Source: Vezdaea acicularis (taxonomy: Eukaryota). Taken from it: DNA of 64,000 nt. Below the pieces are notes generated by a model. It was not told the DNA's origin, searched no databases, and saw only the letters and a program-made list of their open reading frames with translations. Position numbers and translations under genes: made by a program. Where the stretch lies: positions 1 through 64,000 of the forward strand of contig JAPEUI010000090.1 in assembly GCA_026025075.1 (NCBI GenBank), read 5' to 3'. Within the stretch, counting starts at the first letter, position 1; each line of letters begins with the position of its first letter. This document shows, in pieces, positions 1-11,529 of the stretch.

Positions 1-1
1 C

Positions 2-208
2 ACCGCCGCCGCCGCTGCTACAGGCGCGACGGGCGTAGGTGGCGTTGCGGCCGCGAGACCCGCCGCCAGGCCAGCGGCTAAGCAGCGGAACAGCATGGCG
101 GGCTTGACGAACAGTCTGACGAAGCTGGCGGTCGGCGTGACGAAGGCGGTGCTGACTAGTGATGATAGTGGTGGGGGCGATAGCGGCAGTGGGTGGGATG
201 GCAGCTAA
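2..208 (+). CDS. Probable 3' end of a gene entering from the left edge (product unknown)
   Basis: Open frame from the window edge, TAAAAATGATGVGGVAAARPAARPAAKQRNSMAGLTNSLTKLAVGVTKAVLTSDDSGGGDSGSGWDGS, ending TAA at 206-208; GC-rich codon-like pattern; converges on DPH1. Confidence 0.5.
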   Translation, partial: TAAAAATGATGVGGVAAARPAARPAAKQRNSMAGLTNSLTKLAVGVTKAVLTSDDSGGGDSGSGWDGS

Positions 209-322
209 GGAGGTGGGCTCTCGGATTAGTAGGGGTGTAGAGGTTGGATATGCAAAGGGGCGTTTGGGACAATGTGGGGGTTTATCGCGTTGGGAAATTG
301 TGTTTTTATATCAAGGGAGATG

Positions 323-1786
323 TCACCGAACGGGCACGTCTTCCGCCCGAGTCCGCCCGAGCCCGTCTTTGCCGTAGAAGTCCATCGGATAAACACTCTT
401 TGCAGCCGCGCCATCACCAGCAGTAGCAGTGGCAGCACCGCCCTTCTCCCACCCATCTCTCACCCCGAGCACCACCAGGGCCTCATACGGCGTCAACAGC
501 GGCTTCTGAAATGCATACCCCCAGTCGATACTCAGCCTCGGACACGCAATCTGGACCCAGACGTCCACATCAGCCATGAGCTCCAACTTCGCGGGGAAGA
601 TTTCACTCAGCAGCAGTCGCACAAAGGGGGTGTCGCGCTCCCGCAGATGAGCCTCGATCAGCGCCATGGTGTGTGGGTTGCCCTGCCGGCCCAGCGAGCC
701 AAGTATAATGCCCCAGCGTTTGGCGGTGCGCGCGGTACGGATGGCGAGGGAGCGGTCGGAGAGCATCGTGTCGTGCGCGTAGACTTCGTGCGTCAGCCGC
801 CGCGAGTATGGGTCGTATCGGTAGGCGGGGAGGGATGGATTGTGGATCATTGCGCTCTCGAGGTGGAAGCGTCCGTCGCCGAGGTAGAGTATACAGTCCA
901 CGTCGTCCTTTTCGGTTAGTCGGGGACTGGTGCATCCCAGTATCTCCCCCTTACTGAGCGGCGCAATCTGGGGGATCAGCACCCCGTACCCCGCTGACTC
1001 GAGCGGGGCTTTGACCGCGTGCAGCGTCGCGTTGAACTGGATGGTACTCACTAGCGCGAGTCTCTTGCCCGTGGGGAAGTTGCGCTCGAGCGTTGCGAGG
1101 AGGTGAGCTGTGTCGATAGTGATGTCAACAAAGACGTAGAGTGTCGGGAGGGAGGTCGTCGTTGTTGGGATCAGACAGGAATGTGCGTAGTGTACGAGCA
1201 GGTCGCATCCCAGTGCTTTAGCAGTATAGTCGTCAATACAGCAGGCGCCATATGTCACATCACCCATTATGAGCGTGGAGGTGCCGGGGCAGAAGCGCGC
1301 TAAGATGTCAGAGATGAGAGGAGCGAAGAGAAGGAGACCCTCGGGAAATTGGAGCGCAACTTTCTGTGAGCCACTGCTGCGGATGCGGTGTATGGTTTTA
1401 GGGATTTCGAAGGCGTAGTTGGGGGGAAGGAGATCTATAGCGGCTATTATTTCAGGGTCGGACAGGATGGGTGCAGGGACTTGGTTGAGGGTGCGGGCGG
1501 TACGACGGGGACGGGATACTACACGAATTTAGCTTAAGGAATTCTAGAGATTTTAAACGAGCTAGAAGGCACCTTGTATAGCTCCGCTCTCTTCTATGCC
1601 GTTAGAGGAGGCAGCGCGGTTTGCTGCTTGCTCGTTCGCTGCTCGTCGACCAACGAACCGCCGCTTTGGCTCTTTTTTGGTAGCAGACACATCTTCCAGA
1701 GGTGCTGATGCCTCCACCTCATTTTCCGAACGGAGCTCGGCTTCAACAGCGATGCCGATGTCTGTAGCATCTCGGTCTTCCTCCAT
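323..1786 (-). CDS. DPH1: Diphthamide biosynthesis protein 1 (2 exons; intron 1519-1572)
   Basis: Motifs [56 protein letters not shown]; start MEEDRDATD at 1786; GT-AG intron joins IQ to VSRPRRTAR. Confidence 0.95.
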
Positions 1787-2010
1787 GGCAGTATGTTGAC
1801 GGTGATGATGCTTTGTAGAGAGTGGGATGGCGGGGTGTAGAAATTTCGGAACCTGAGCTTTCCTCGCGTGGAATGCTTTCCGCTCCGCTCCGCTCCAGAG
1901 AGCCAATGCAATCCATCCCCCGCCATAGAATCCGTCATTCTCCTCAACATATTCAAGATCAGCTTGATAAGCTTTCACCACTTAGTGAGGACAGATGTGG
2001 CCTCTGAGCC

Positions 2011-3199
2011 ATGATACTGACACGAACTCTGCTGCACCGGCCACAGCTTCTACCCATCAGACATGTTCCCCGCTATAGGACAATCGCTTCCTCCCAGCGT
2101 AGCGCTGCGCAAGCCAGAATCGTAGAAGTTGGGCCCCGCGATGGCCTTCAGAACGAGGAAACCATTGTTCCCTTAGCCACAAAGCTAGAGCTTATCAGAA
2201 AACTCTCAGAGACTGGACTGCGGGACATCGAGGTTGGGGCCTTTGTATCCCCGAAATGGGTACCGCAGGTGTGTCATGGTCTTTCAGAGCTTCGTCACGA
2301 CCATTAACAATGCCTTGATGTTACAGATGAAAAACTCTGCGGAGATTCTTGCATATCTATACTCTAATAGGCCGAAGTCACCAGAAGCTATTTCATATTC
2401 CTTTCTGGTGCCGAATATCAAAGGTCTTCAGAATGCTCTGGCTGTTTCAGCTACACGCCCGAACTTTTCTGAAGTTGCGAAGTCTAGTGCGACCATTACA
2501 CCCCCTCAGACTCCTCCAGCAGACGGAGATCTACATGGAAGTCATTTCACAGAAATACCAAAAGAACTTAAGCTGGATGAAATATCCGTCTTTGCCGCCG
2601 CAACTGAGACATTCTCACGGAAAAACCTCAATTGCAGCATTTCAGAATCACTGGAACGCTTCAAGCCCGTCATTGCACTCGCCACGTCAAAAGATATCAG
2701 GGTTAGGGCGTATATATCGGTCGTGCTTGGCTGTCCATATGAGGGGCAAAATGTGTCTTCTGGTCATGTGGTGGACCTATCCGCGGAGCTTCTGAGAATG
2801 GGTGCAGATGAAATATCCCTTGGCGATACTACGGGCATGGGAACTGCACCACGCACATCGGCTTTGTTGCGGATCTTGAAAAGAGTCGTGCCGATAGATA
2901 AGATTGCGATGCACTTCCACGATACTTACGGGCAAGCCCTAGTAAACACGGAGGTCGCAGTAACAGAGGGTATTAGGACATTCGACAGCAGTGTCAGTGG
3001 ATTGGGAGGCTGCCCATACGCGAAAGGAGCAACAGGTAATGTAGCTACGGAGGACTTAGTGTATTTCATGCATAGCATTGGCTTAGATACGGGCGTTGAT
3101 ATAGAAAGAATGGCCGATATTGGGAGTTGGATTTCGAAGGAGTTAGGCAGGGAAAACGGGAGCAGAGTTGGAAAGGCTTTGCTTGCAAAAAGGAGATAA
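2011..3199 (+). CDS. Hydroxymethylglutaryl-CoA lyase, probably mitochondrial (intron 2269-2326)
   Basis: [59 protein letters not shown]; Arg-rich, acid-free N-terminus. Confidence 0.95.
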
Positions 3200-3449
3200 T
3201 CGTACCGAGGTAGCATTCTGATAAGCCACTATGCTCAATATCGCGCGTGTGCGCGTAATTTAGAGTACTAACATATTCTACGGAACTGCTGAAGCTTGGC
3301 CAATCGTTTAGTGATAGGCGAAGCTCCAAGCTCCAAGCTTCAATCTTCAAAAGTACATAACCCCACTCGCCTTACAATCTTCCTCCTTCCGTACTTATTT
3401 GGGTATCAATTCCATCCTCCCACAATATCTCAGTCTTCATTACCGTAAG

Positions 3450-5333
3450 ATGGCGCCGGGTGCGGAAGATCCCCGTATGGCTCGAATTCAGCCAAGAATT
3501 CGGTACAATACCATTGGAGGTGTCAACGGGCCTCTCGTCATTCTAGAGAATGTGAGACGCTGAACTATAGATGCTCCAATGTCAGACACTGACTCAATTA
3601 TAGGTCAAATTTCCGAGATATAATGAGATTGTGTCTTTGACTCTACCAGATGGCACCGAGCGATCTGGGCAAGTGCTGGAAGCTCGAGGTTCGATTACGT
3701 ACCTTCATGATATAATGGGGAACTTCATGGCTAAAACATGTATAATGCAGGAAATCGCGCGGTTGTACAGGTACAGACGATTAGAAAATTGACCTTTCCA
3801 GCATATTGATCTTACAATACCTAGGTATTCGAAGGGACGTCTGGTATCGATGTGAAGAAGGTCTTTTTCTCACCATCCAGCTGAGCAATGGATGTGAAAG
3901 CTTATAGACGATAGACCAAAGTCGAATTTACCGGGCATAGTCTCAAAATCGGCGTGTCTGAGGACATGCTGGGTCGCATCTTTGATGGATCGGGTCGACC
4001 GATTGACAAGGGCCCAAAGGTGCTAGCAGAAGACTATCTCGACATCAACGGCAGTCCCATCAATCCGTATTCTCGGGTAAGATACTAGATAGTCGTCTAT
4101 CGAACCAATGCTAACCCTCATATTAGGTATACCCAGAAGAAATGATCTCGACAGGCATCTCAGCGATTGACACGATGAACTCCATTGCTCGTGGGCAGAA
4201 GATTCCCATCTTCTCAGCGGCCGGTTTACCACATAACGAAATTGCTGCGCAGATCTGCCGACAAGCCAGCTTGGTCAAGAAGCCCACGAAAGGTGTACAT
4301 GACGGACATGAGGAGAACTTCTCAATCGTATTCGCCGCTATGGGTGTAAATCGAGAAACGGCACGGTTCTTCACTCGAGACTTCGAAGAGAATGGCAGCT
4401 TGGAAAGAGTTACCCTATTCTTGAATCTTGCGAACGATCCTACGTAAGCCATTTAAAATCTTTACCTGAGATCACTTACCAATAGAGGATAGGATTGAAC
4501 GTATCATTACCCCCCGTCTTGCCCTTACCACAGCCGAGTACTATGCATACCAATTAGAGAAACACGTCTTGGTCATCCTTACAGATTTATCGGCGTACTG
4601 CGATGCTCTTCGAGAAGTATCAGCAGCTCGAGAAGAGGTGCCTGGTCGTCGCGGTTACCCAGGTTACATGTACACAGATCTATCGACCATCTATGAGCGC
4701 GCTGGACGAGTAGAAGGACGCAACGGCTCTATCACCCAAATACCTATCCTCTCTATGCCCAACGATGATATCACCCATCCCATCCCCGATTTAACAGGCT
4801 ACATCACTGAAGGCCAAATATTTGTCGACCGCCAACTGCACAACCGTGGCATCTATCCCCCAATTAATGTCCTCCCCTCCCTTTCCCGTCTCATGAAATC
4901 CGCCATTGGTGAAGGCTACACGCGCAAAGACCATGGCGACGTGTCCAATCAGCTTTACGCCAAATATGCCATTGGGCGCGACGCAGCCTCCATGAAAGCT
5001 GTCGTCGGTGAGGAAGCCCTTTCCTCCGAAGACAAACTTTCCCTCGAGTTCCTCGAGAAGTTCGAGCGGACGTTCATCTCACAGTCACCTTACGAAGCGA
5101 GGACGATCTTTGAGTCACTCGATCTCGCATGGGGCCTGCTAAGAATCTATCCGAAGGATCTGCTGAATCGCATCCCCGCCAAGATCATTCAAGAATACTA
5201 CGCTCGCTCGAAGGATATGAACAAGGGTAAGGGTAAGGAGAAGGATAATAGTGGGAACAAGGATACTAGAGATAATGGAGCGAAGACGGATGGCGAGCTC
5301 GCAGATGGAGGTGAGAACCTTATTGATGCGTAA
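3450..5333 (+). CDS. VMA2: V-type ATPase subunit B (7 exons incl. 20-nt and 36-nt micro-exons; introns ~3552-3603, 3689-3750, 3771-3824, 3861-3914, 4077-4126, 4444-4492)
   Basis: [82 protein letters not shown]; exons join in frame. Confidence 0.97.
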
Positions 5334-7084
5334 GTGGAGCGTTTGGTGGCTCTTGGGCGGAAGAAAGGCTTGTACATCTTTGCGTCTCGCGACTTCTTTC
5401 AGTTTGGTAGCATATGTCCTAGCTGTGTGCTCGGGCAAATGAATGTAAATAGGGTATGGAAGTTGTCACAAGTTTGCATTGATCATTCCGTTTTTGAATG
5501 TGCCCACCTTCAATCGAGGCGGCTAGATCTACATGTTCGCTTTGTGGCGTCCGCAGCGGCTCATACTGACGCATATGAGATATCTGCTCCATCGTAGGTA
5601 CCTTCTCCTCTCCACTTTCTCATACTCAGGCTACTGGTCTAGGGCCCTGTTCGGGACTTATTAGGAGCGTACTTCACTCCCTGTATACTTCAATGATATT
5701 CTCCATAGCCATTTCTCACGGATGAAGATCAGGAACGAAGATATAGCAATTGACGAGAACGACAATATTGTTTAATCTGCTTTATCGGCCATCTCGAGGT
5801 CTCAAGCTTCATGAGAACACCAGTAAATGCACTTCGCCCTAGAGATACGTTCCCCCTTGCTTCTAGTAAGACCTGCGATCCGAAATCCAGTGAAGAGGAA
5901 TTCAGGAATTGATCCACTCATGAAGGGATTGCAAGCGTATTGCTAGAGATCAAGTGAAATTTAGAAGGAACGTTATTTCATGACAAAGGAACAGGGTGCT
6001 GAAGAGCAGTGAAGAATAATATACAGCCAGCAAAAAAATAGACTTTAAAAGCCCTTAAGCCCACAAAGAAAGAGAGTTGTAATGCTATGGTGTAACGGCG
6101 GAGTGCTAGGACGGTAGACAACGCTCTGCTTAGCTATGCTGCAAGAGGGAGGGAGTGATGCAAGAGGCGCTCTGCAATGCTGTCCGCTCAGCCACGTCGC
6201 GCTTTTAGACAATTACTAAATCATAGGGTATAATGCTAAACGCCGAATTGATACCCGACAAAGGAGAGTAGTAGACGGCCAGGAATTTGGTGTGTGCGAC
6301 AATTAAGACGTTGATCGACGAGTGGTATAATGTGAGAAAAGGGAGAGGCGACGATGAACCAGGACATAGGGGTCAGCGATGAACCTGGACGTGCGACCTA
6401 ATGAAACTGTTGATCCCAAGTCATTGGCAATTAAGTCTCCAGTTGTGAAGTGGTGAAGGCATTAAGGACGAAGAAAAGCGGTGGAAAACCAGTGAGAAAA
6501 ACAGAAGGGAGCCAGTGAAGTATAAATGAAGGACATAGGGAGGATATCGCATACGAGGACTGCTCACGGCATCGCCGAGTTGTTGCCCAGCCAACATTCC
6601 TTCCGACATTTCACTTAAGAGCTGCTTATGTCGTCTGCTGGCGAACGTGCTTGGGGACATTCGCATCCTTCTCGGACTCTGAGGTTAGGGTCCTAGAGGA
6701 AGACCAGGGATATGCGAGAGATATCCCATTTCCTTTTTATATCAGCCAAAGAGAAAGCTTCAGCCTACTGCCCAGGGCAGAGAAGATCGTCCCACACTTT
6801 CTTGGCCCCAGATCCATGCATGACGAAGGGAACACTATGAACGGCCAGTGGGTCTCTAGAGTCCCCTCTAACGAGCGGCCTGGACAGATAGCCAACCCAA
6901 AGGAAGTAAGGAAGACTGCCTCCCATCCATGCATTTAAGCAAGAACATAATGCCAAAATACCGCGTAGCGCAAACAGGGATTTCCGAGGGTATACTTGGG
7001 TCCGTCCAATATGCAATGTTATTGCTCTGTGCGCTAGTCTGTCCGACCTCTCCGTACCTGAACGTAAAATTCTACAGTCAGCTC

Positions 7085-9667
7085 CTAACGGATGACTTCA
7101 TGGCCTTCTTTATCAAATCCCTCCAGAGCTTCGAGGATGTCGCTGCCGCCGAGAAGGCCTTTGCTGCCGCCGATTGACTTTCGGTGGTCCGCCCATACCT
7201 CGTGGAACTTGATGCTTTGGTCGCTTCCTGCAACAACGAGGCAGCCTTCCTCTGCGGTCCTGCTCAGCCATGGTCCACCCTCGCTTCGACTCTTCCGAGT
7301 CATGGTCTCGTTGGGTCCTCCGGGATAAGGGACTGCGTAAAGAGCTCTTAGAGAATTGGTCCAAGGGATAGCAACAACCTGCTGGCAATCTGGCCATGAA
7401 AAGACAGCAATGCGGAACCGGTGTTCCGGCTGTGCATAGCCAAAGGTAGCACAGATCTCTCGCCTCGTGGTGCTCCAAAGAAGACTAGTGACCTGAGCAC
7501 ATACAGTGATAGTCGCGAGACAAGCTCCCGAGTCTGTATGAAAGAAATGAATACAGCGATCATTAGATCCGCCACCAGTAGCAATGAGACCACGCTGCCA
7601 AGGGCAAAAGGCTATAGCCTTTACTGCAGCTCCATGAATCCATTTGTGTTTCTCTTGGCCCATAGTGATAGCGGCTATGCGGCCACGGCCGGGAACGAGG
7701 TAATGCCGGCGAAAGCCTTCTGGCCCGTTTCTATGAATTTCGTCTGGTCCGTATTCAGCACTAAGAGCCTCGAGTCGCCATATCTCAAGGGAAGATACTT
7801 CAAATAGACAACAGGCGTTATCATTGCCACCAGTGGCAAACAGGCTACCATCAGGAGACCAAGCAATACCGCATATTTGTTGAGAGTGAACGGAAATCCG
7901 GGCGAGCATCTTCATGGCACCGTGCCATTCCTCGTTCTCCCGGTCTTCCTCATCGGGCCATTCGACGACATAGTAGTAGACGTTTCCGACTTCATCGCCG
8001 ACTAGGAGTTCTTCCGTGGCAACCAATTTTGTGCTCGTCTCATTGCGCTGAGAGAGTCTGATAGTGGTAGTAGGCCTCCAAGCAAGGCATGCAATTGGAT
8101 GCGGCTGCTGTGCTTCAAAACGAGGCTCCGGCTCGAACATGCTCCATAATGTGACCTGCCCATCCCCTCGACCAGATGCTAAAATAGCTCTTCTGCCCTG
8201 GCTAGACGAGAAGGTGAGGGAAGTGAGATAAGCACTGCTGTTTGTAGCAGATGTCATCGGGCGAACTTCGTATGCTTCAGACCAGATGTACACCCTGTTG
8301 CCCAGGCCAACGGCTAGGGAATGGGTCATTGGACAATATGCTAGCAGTGAACAATAGAAGTCGTCTCGAAGCAAAGGAGCGTCAAGAACTGTAGTCATTG
8401 TGAGCTTGGGATCGTAGATGGGAGGAGTCCATATTTATCTGAAAGGCGTGGCAGGCACGTTCCGCTCTCTACGCTTGGGTACTGCTGTCATGTCCCCTAT
8501 TGGCATTGTCAGAATGAATTTCAATTTAGAGGATGCTTTGAGTTGTTTACTGGTAGGTGAATCTTCCTTCATCCATTCGCTATCCCGCCATACAGTCGGC
8601 TCGTAAGTTCTCTTATGTAGCCCCGCACCTTTTATAGGGACCCATTTCCTTCCGTTCATGCTAGATTCGGCCTGCTGGTTGCTCCTGAAATTGAGGACTT
8701 TGTTTGTTTGATCGAATTCGAACGCAACAGCAAGTCTCTGCTCGTGCTTTTGCAGATCTTCCAAAGATGTTTTACCTTCCAAGAAACGGGCATTGTACAT
8801 AGGGGCATTGGTGCCGCTATTCAGCATGCCTCCTTGACCGTTCGAAATGCCAGCAGGAGGTCCAGCATTAATGGCTCCGCCCACGTTCCAGACCGCACCA
8901 ACACTAGCCTGGCGATTGAGGTCTGCAGAATTATTTCTAATTCCTAGGACTCCGGTAGCAGTAGCCCCAGTACTCAAAACTTGTGGTCTCCTCGTTAATA
9001 CCGGTGATCGAGGGCGAGTCATCCCAGAAATGTAGGCTTGCTCTCGTTCTCTGCTAACATTTCGAGGAGTAGGCCCAAACGGATCGGGACCAGAATCTCG
9101 ATTTCTAGTGATTCGCTCGGAACTAGTAAGCTCATCCACCGGTGTGCTGACCTGAAAGGTCCCTATCGACGAGTTGGGCGAGCGTCGTTTAGGTATGAAA
9201 CGATCAAGTGAAGATGAGACGCGTGGCCGCTTCGAAAAAGCCCGACCCCGTAGCTTACTTGGAGATAAAGGAGCGTCTTTGTAAATTGTAAAAGGAGATA
9301 CTTTGACACCGGGAAATGCATTAATAGTAAGCTCAGTGGAGTCCACTACCACTTCACGTGGTGGGGAAGGGAGTCCTAAGGAGAATGGCCTCTTCAAGCT
9401 GACTTTTCGCGCACTTGGGAACTTCCCATTAATCTCACTCGATACAGGAGGAGCAAAGGAGTGGCTCCTCTTAGGCGGCATAGGGGATGACTCAGGTGAG
9501 GGAAGGTAAGAATCCTCGGAGAAGGACTTTTTGGCCATAGAACGGGGTCTTGAGCGATAGAGCTCCAGAGAAGGAGTAGAAGTATCCCCTGAGGTATCCT
9601 CTGTGGGCCTGGTATCTGTTGTGTATTGTGACATCTTGCAAATCGAGCTTGAACGCGGTAGAAGCAT
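7085..9667 (-). CDS. AMA1: Cdc20/Fizzy-family APC/C activator, Ama1-like (probable introns 8497-8550 GT-AG and 8391-8438 AT-AC)
   Basis: C-box DRFIPKR, VPATPFR|VLDAPLLRDDFY, WD40 repeats (HSQQICG, ATGGNDN, HGAAVKAIAFCPWQRGLIATGGGSNDR), C-terminal IR tail (EVIR*). Ama1 subfamily assignment is inferred from divergence and insertions. Confidence 0.85.
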
Positions 9668-10224
9668 GTAATCCTGTTCTTAAGCTCGAACGAGATATCC
9701 TGGCCCAGGAGTCTGAGTATCCAGCTAGACCTAAGTGACGATAGTCAAATGGAACTTCTGTTACAGCCTCGTACACATAGAGATGGAAAAAGCCCAAATT
9801 ACGGACACGGTTCAAGGTATCCAAGACTGAGCGCGATAATTGACGCCTGATGTACAGCTTCACCGATTGAAGGCCAAGAGCTATCTGATGTATTGAATAC
9901 ATAGCATAGCTACTTTAAGGGAAAGATATGATACCTTCACTTGATCATATGCACGAAAGATGATCATATCCCACCAGTCTAGGTTGTCTTGGAGTAGGGG
10001 CGTCTATCATATGAGAGGCGCAAAGAATATAAAAATGACTTAGAAGAGGTTACAGTGACCAAGCAAGATGATGTTAGGGAAGCTTGATGCCCTAAAAAAG
10101 AACCTTTGTGATAGGGGTGGGGAGCTCCCTCTAGATATAAAGTGGGCGAAGGCTTTGAAGGCAAGGGCCCACAAGTGAACATCAAACCCAGCCAAGGCAG
10201 AAAGTAGTACATCTTCCGCCGGAG

Positions 10225-11393
10225 ATGGCAAGCGTACGTTCATAACATCGTCAAATTAAGAAAGCGAAATGCTGCTAATGGAAGTTAGCATGGAGTATCA
10301 CGACCTGCCACCACTGAAAAGAGGACAGAGCAGGCTCGGCAGAAAGAGCTCTCGAAGATCGTAGAATATACGAACTTGGTCGACTCGGTTCAGGATAAGG
10401 TACTCTATAAGTTCCACCAATATTTCCAAGAATCGTAGCTGAAACCAATGAGCAAAGATCGCAGCGAAGGAGCTCACGGCCGAGACCTTTGCCTTAACCT
10501 CCAAGCTCCTCTCCCTCAATCCGGAGTTTTACACTATTTGGAACCATCGCCGCATAGTCCTACTCAACGCGCTGCTTCCTTCCGCCTCCAATCCCCTCTC
10601 CCTCCTCAGTTCCGACCTCCAATTCCTCATCCCGCTTCTCCGTCAGTTCCCAAAATGCTACTGGATCTGGAAGTACCGGCTCTGGCTGCTTCAGAGCAGT
10701 ACCCGCCTGCTACGTGCCACACAATCGCGTGAGCTATGGAAAGCCGAGCTCGCTTTATGCGGTCAGATGCTGGCGCGCGATAGTAGGAACTTCCACGGTT
10801 GGGGATACAGAAGGCATGTAGTACGGGCACTGGAGACCGAAGAGCTCGGGGGTAAGAGCATGGCTGAGGAAGAATTCGCGTACACGACGAAGATGACAGG
10901 GACGAATCTAAGCAACTTCTCGGCATGGCATGCAAGGGGAACTTTGCTACCTAGGGTTCTAAATGAGAGGGGAGCGACTTTACCAGAACGGATTGATTTC
11001 TACAGAACAGAGCAAGATAGACTGCATGACGCGCTGTTTACGGACCCGTACGATTCGAGCTTATGGGCATATCACGCGACACTTTTTGATTCATTAGACA
11101 ACATAATTGGTGACGTTAAGAAAAATATCTTGCATAACATCCGATGTGACATTCTAGAACAAGAGTTAGATTTTATCGTGGACTTATTGGAGGAGGCAAA
11201 TGATTGCAAGTGGATTTATGAAGCCGCCATACGGTTCTCACTAATACATAAGCGGGCTTTAGTGGACGGAGAGAAGAATAATTCAGAGCATGTGCCACAA
11301 TGGCTCTTGAAGCTACAGGAGCTTGATCGATTACGGGGTGACCGGTGGAAAGACTGGACCAAAGAGTTGAAGGACGAGGGACTTTTGCAATAG
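10225..11393 (+). CDS. BET4: Rab geranylgeranyltransferase (type II) alpha subunit (3 exons; 9-nt first coding exon)
   Basis: MAS|HGVSR start, NPEFYTIWNHRR, FPKCYWIW, DSRNFHGWGYRR, NLSNFSAWHAR, TDPYDSSLW (PPTA repeats). Confidence 0.9.
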
Positions 11394-11529
11394 CGTTTAC
11401 CTAATGCTGTACGCCTATGTCAAATAGCGAAGGCTATTCAATTGTTTCATATTAGCTTAACACGAAGCCATACGACTCAAGAGCCGTGGGTATCTCCTAA
11501 CCCCAAAAGCGCCGTCCGTGATAAAGCGC

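Noticed and set aside
8405..8458. Canonical GT-AG alternative for the AMA1 junction (AAC|GTGCCT...CCCAAG|CTC)
   Set aside because: It would delete the conserved VP..PFR motif and has no clear branch site; kept only as the refuting alternative
10018..10090. Ndt80/MSE-like sites upstream of AMA1 (CGCAAAG, CACAAAG)
   Set aside because: They do not match the CRCAAAW core and are too short to support
10560..10620. Apparent frameshift in BET4
   Set aside because: On recounting, the frame is continuous from NPEFYTIW to SDLQFLIP; the ORF track simply starts at a later Met
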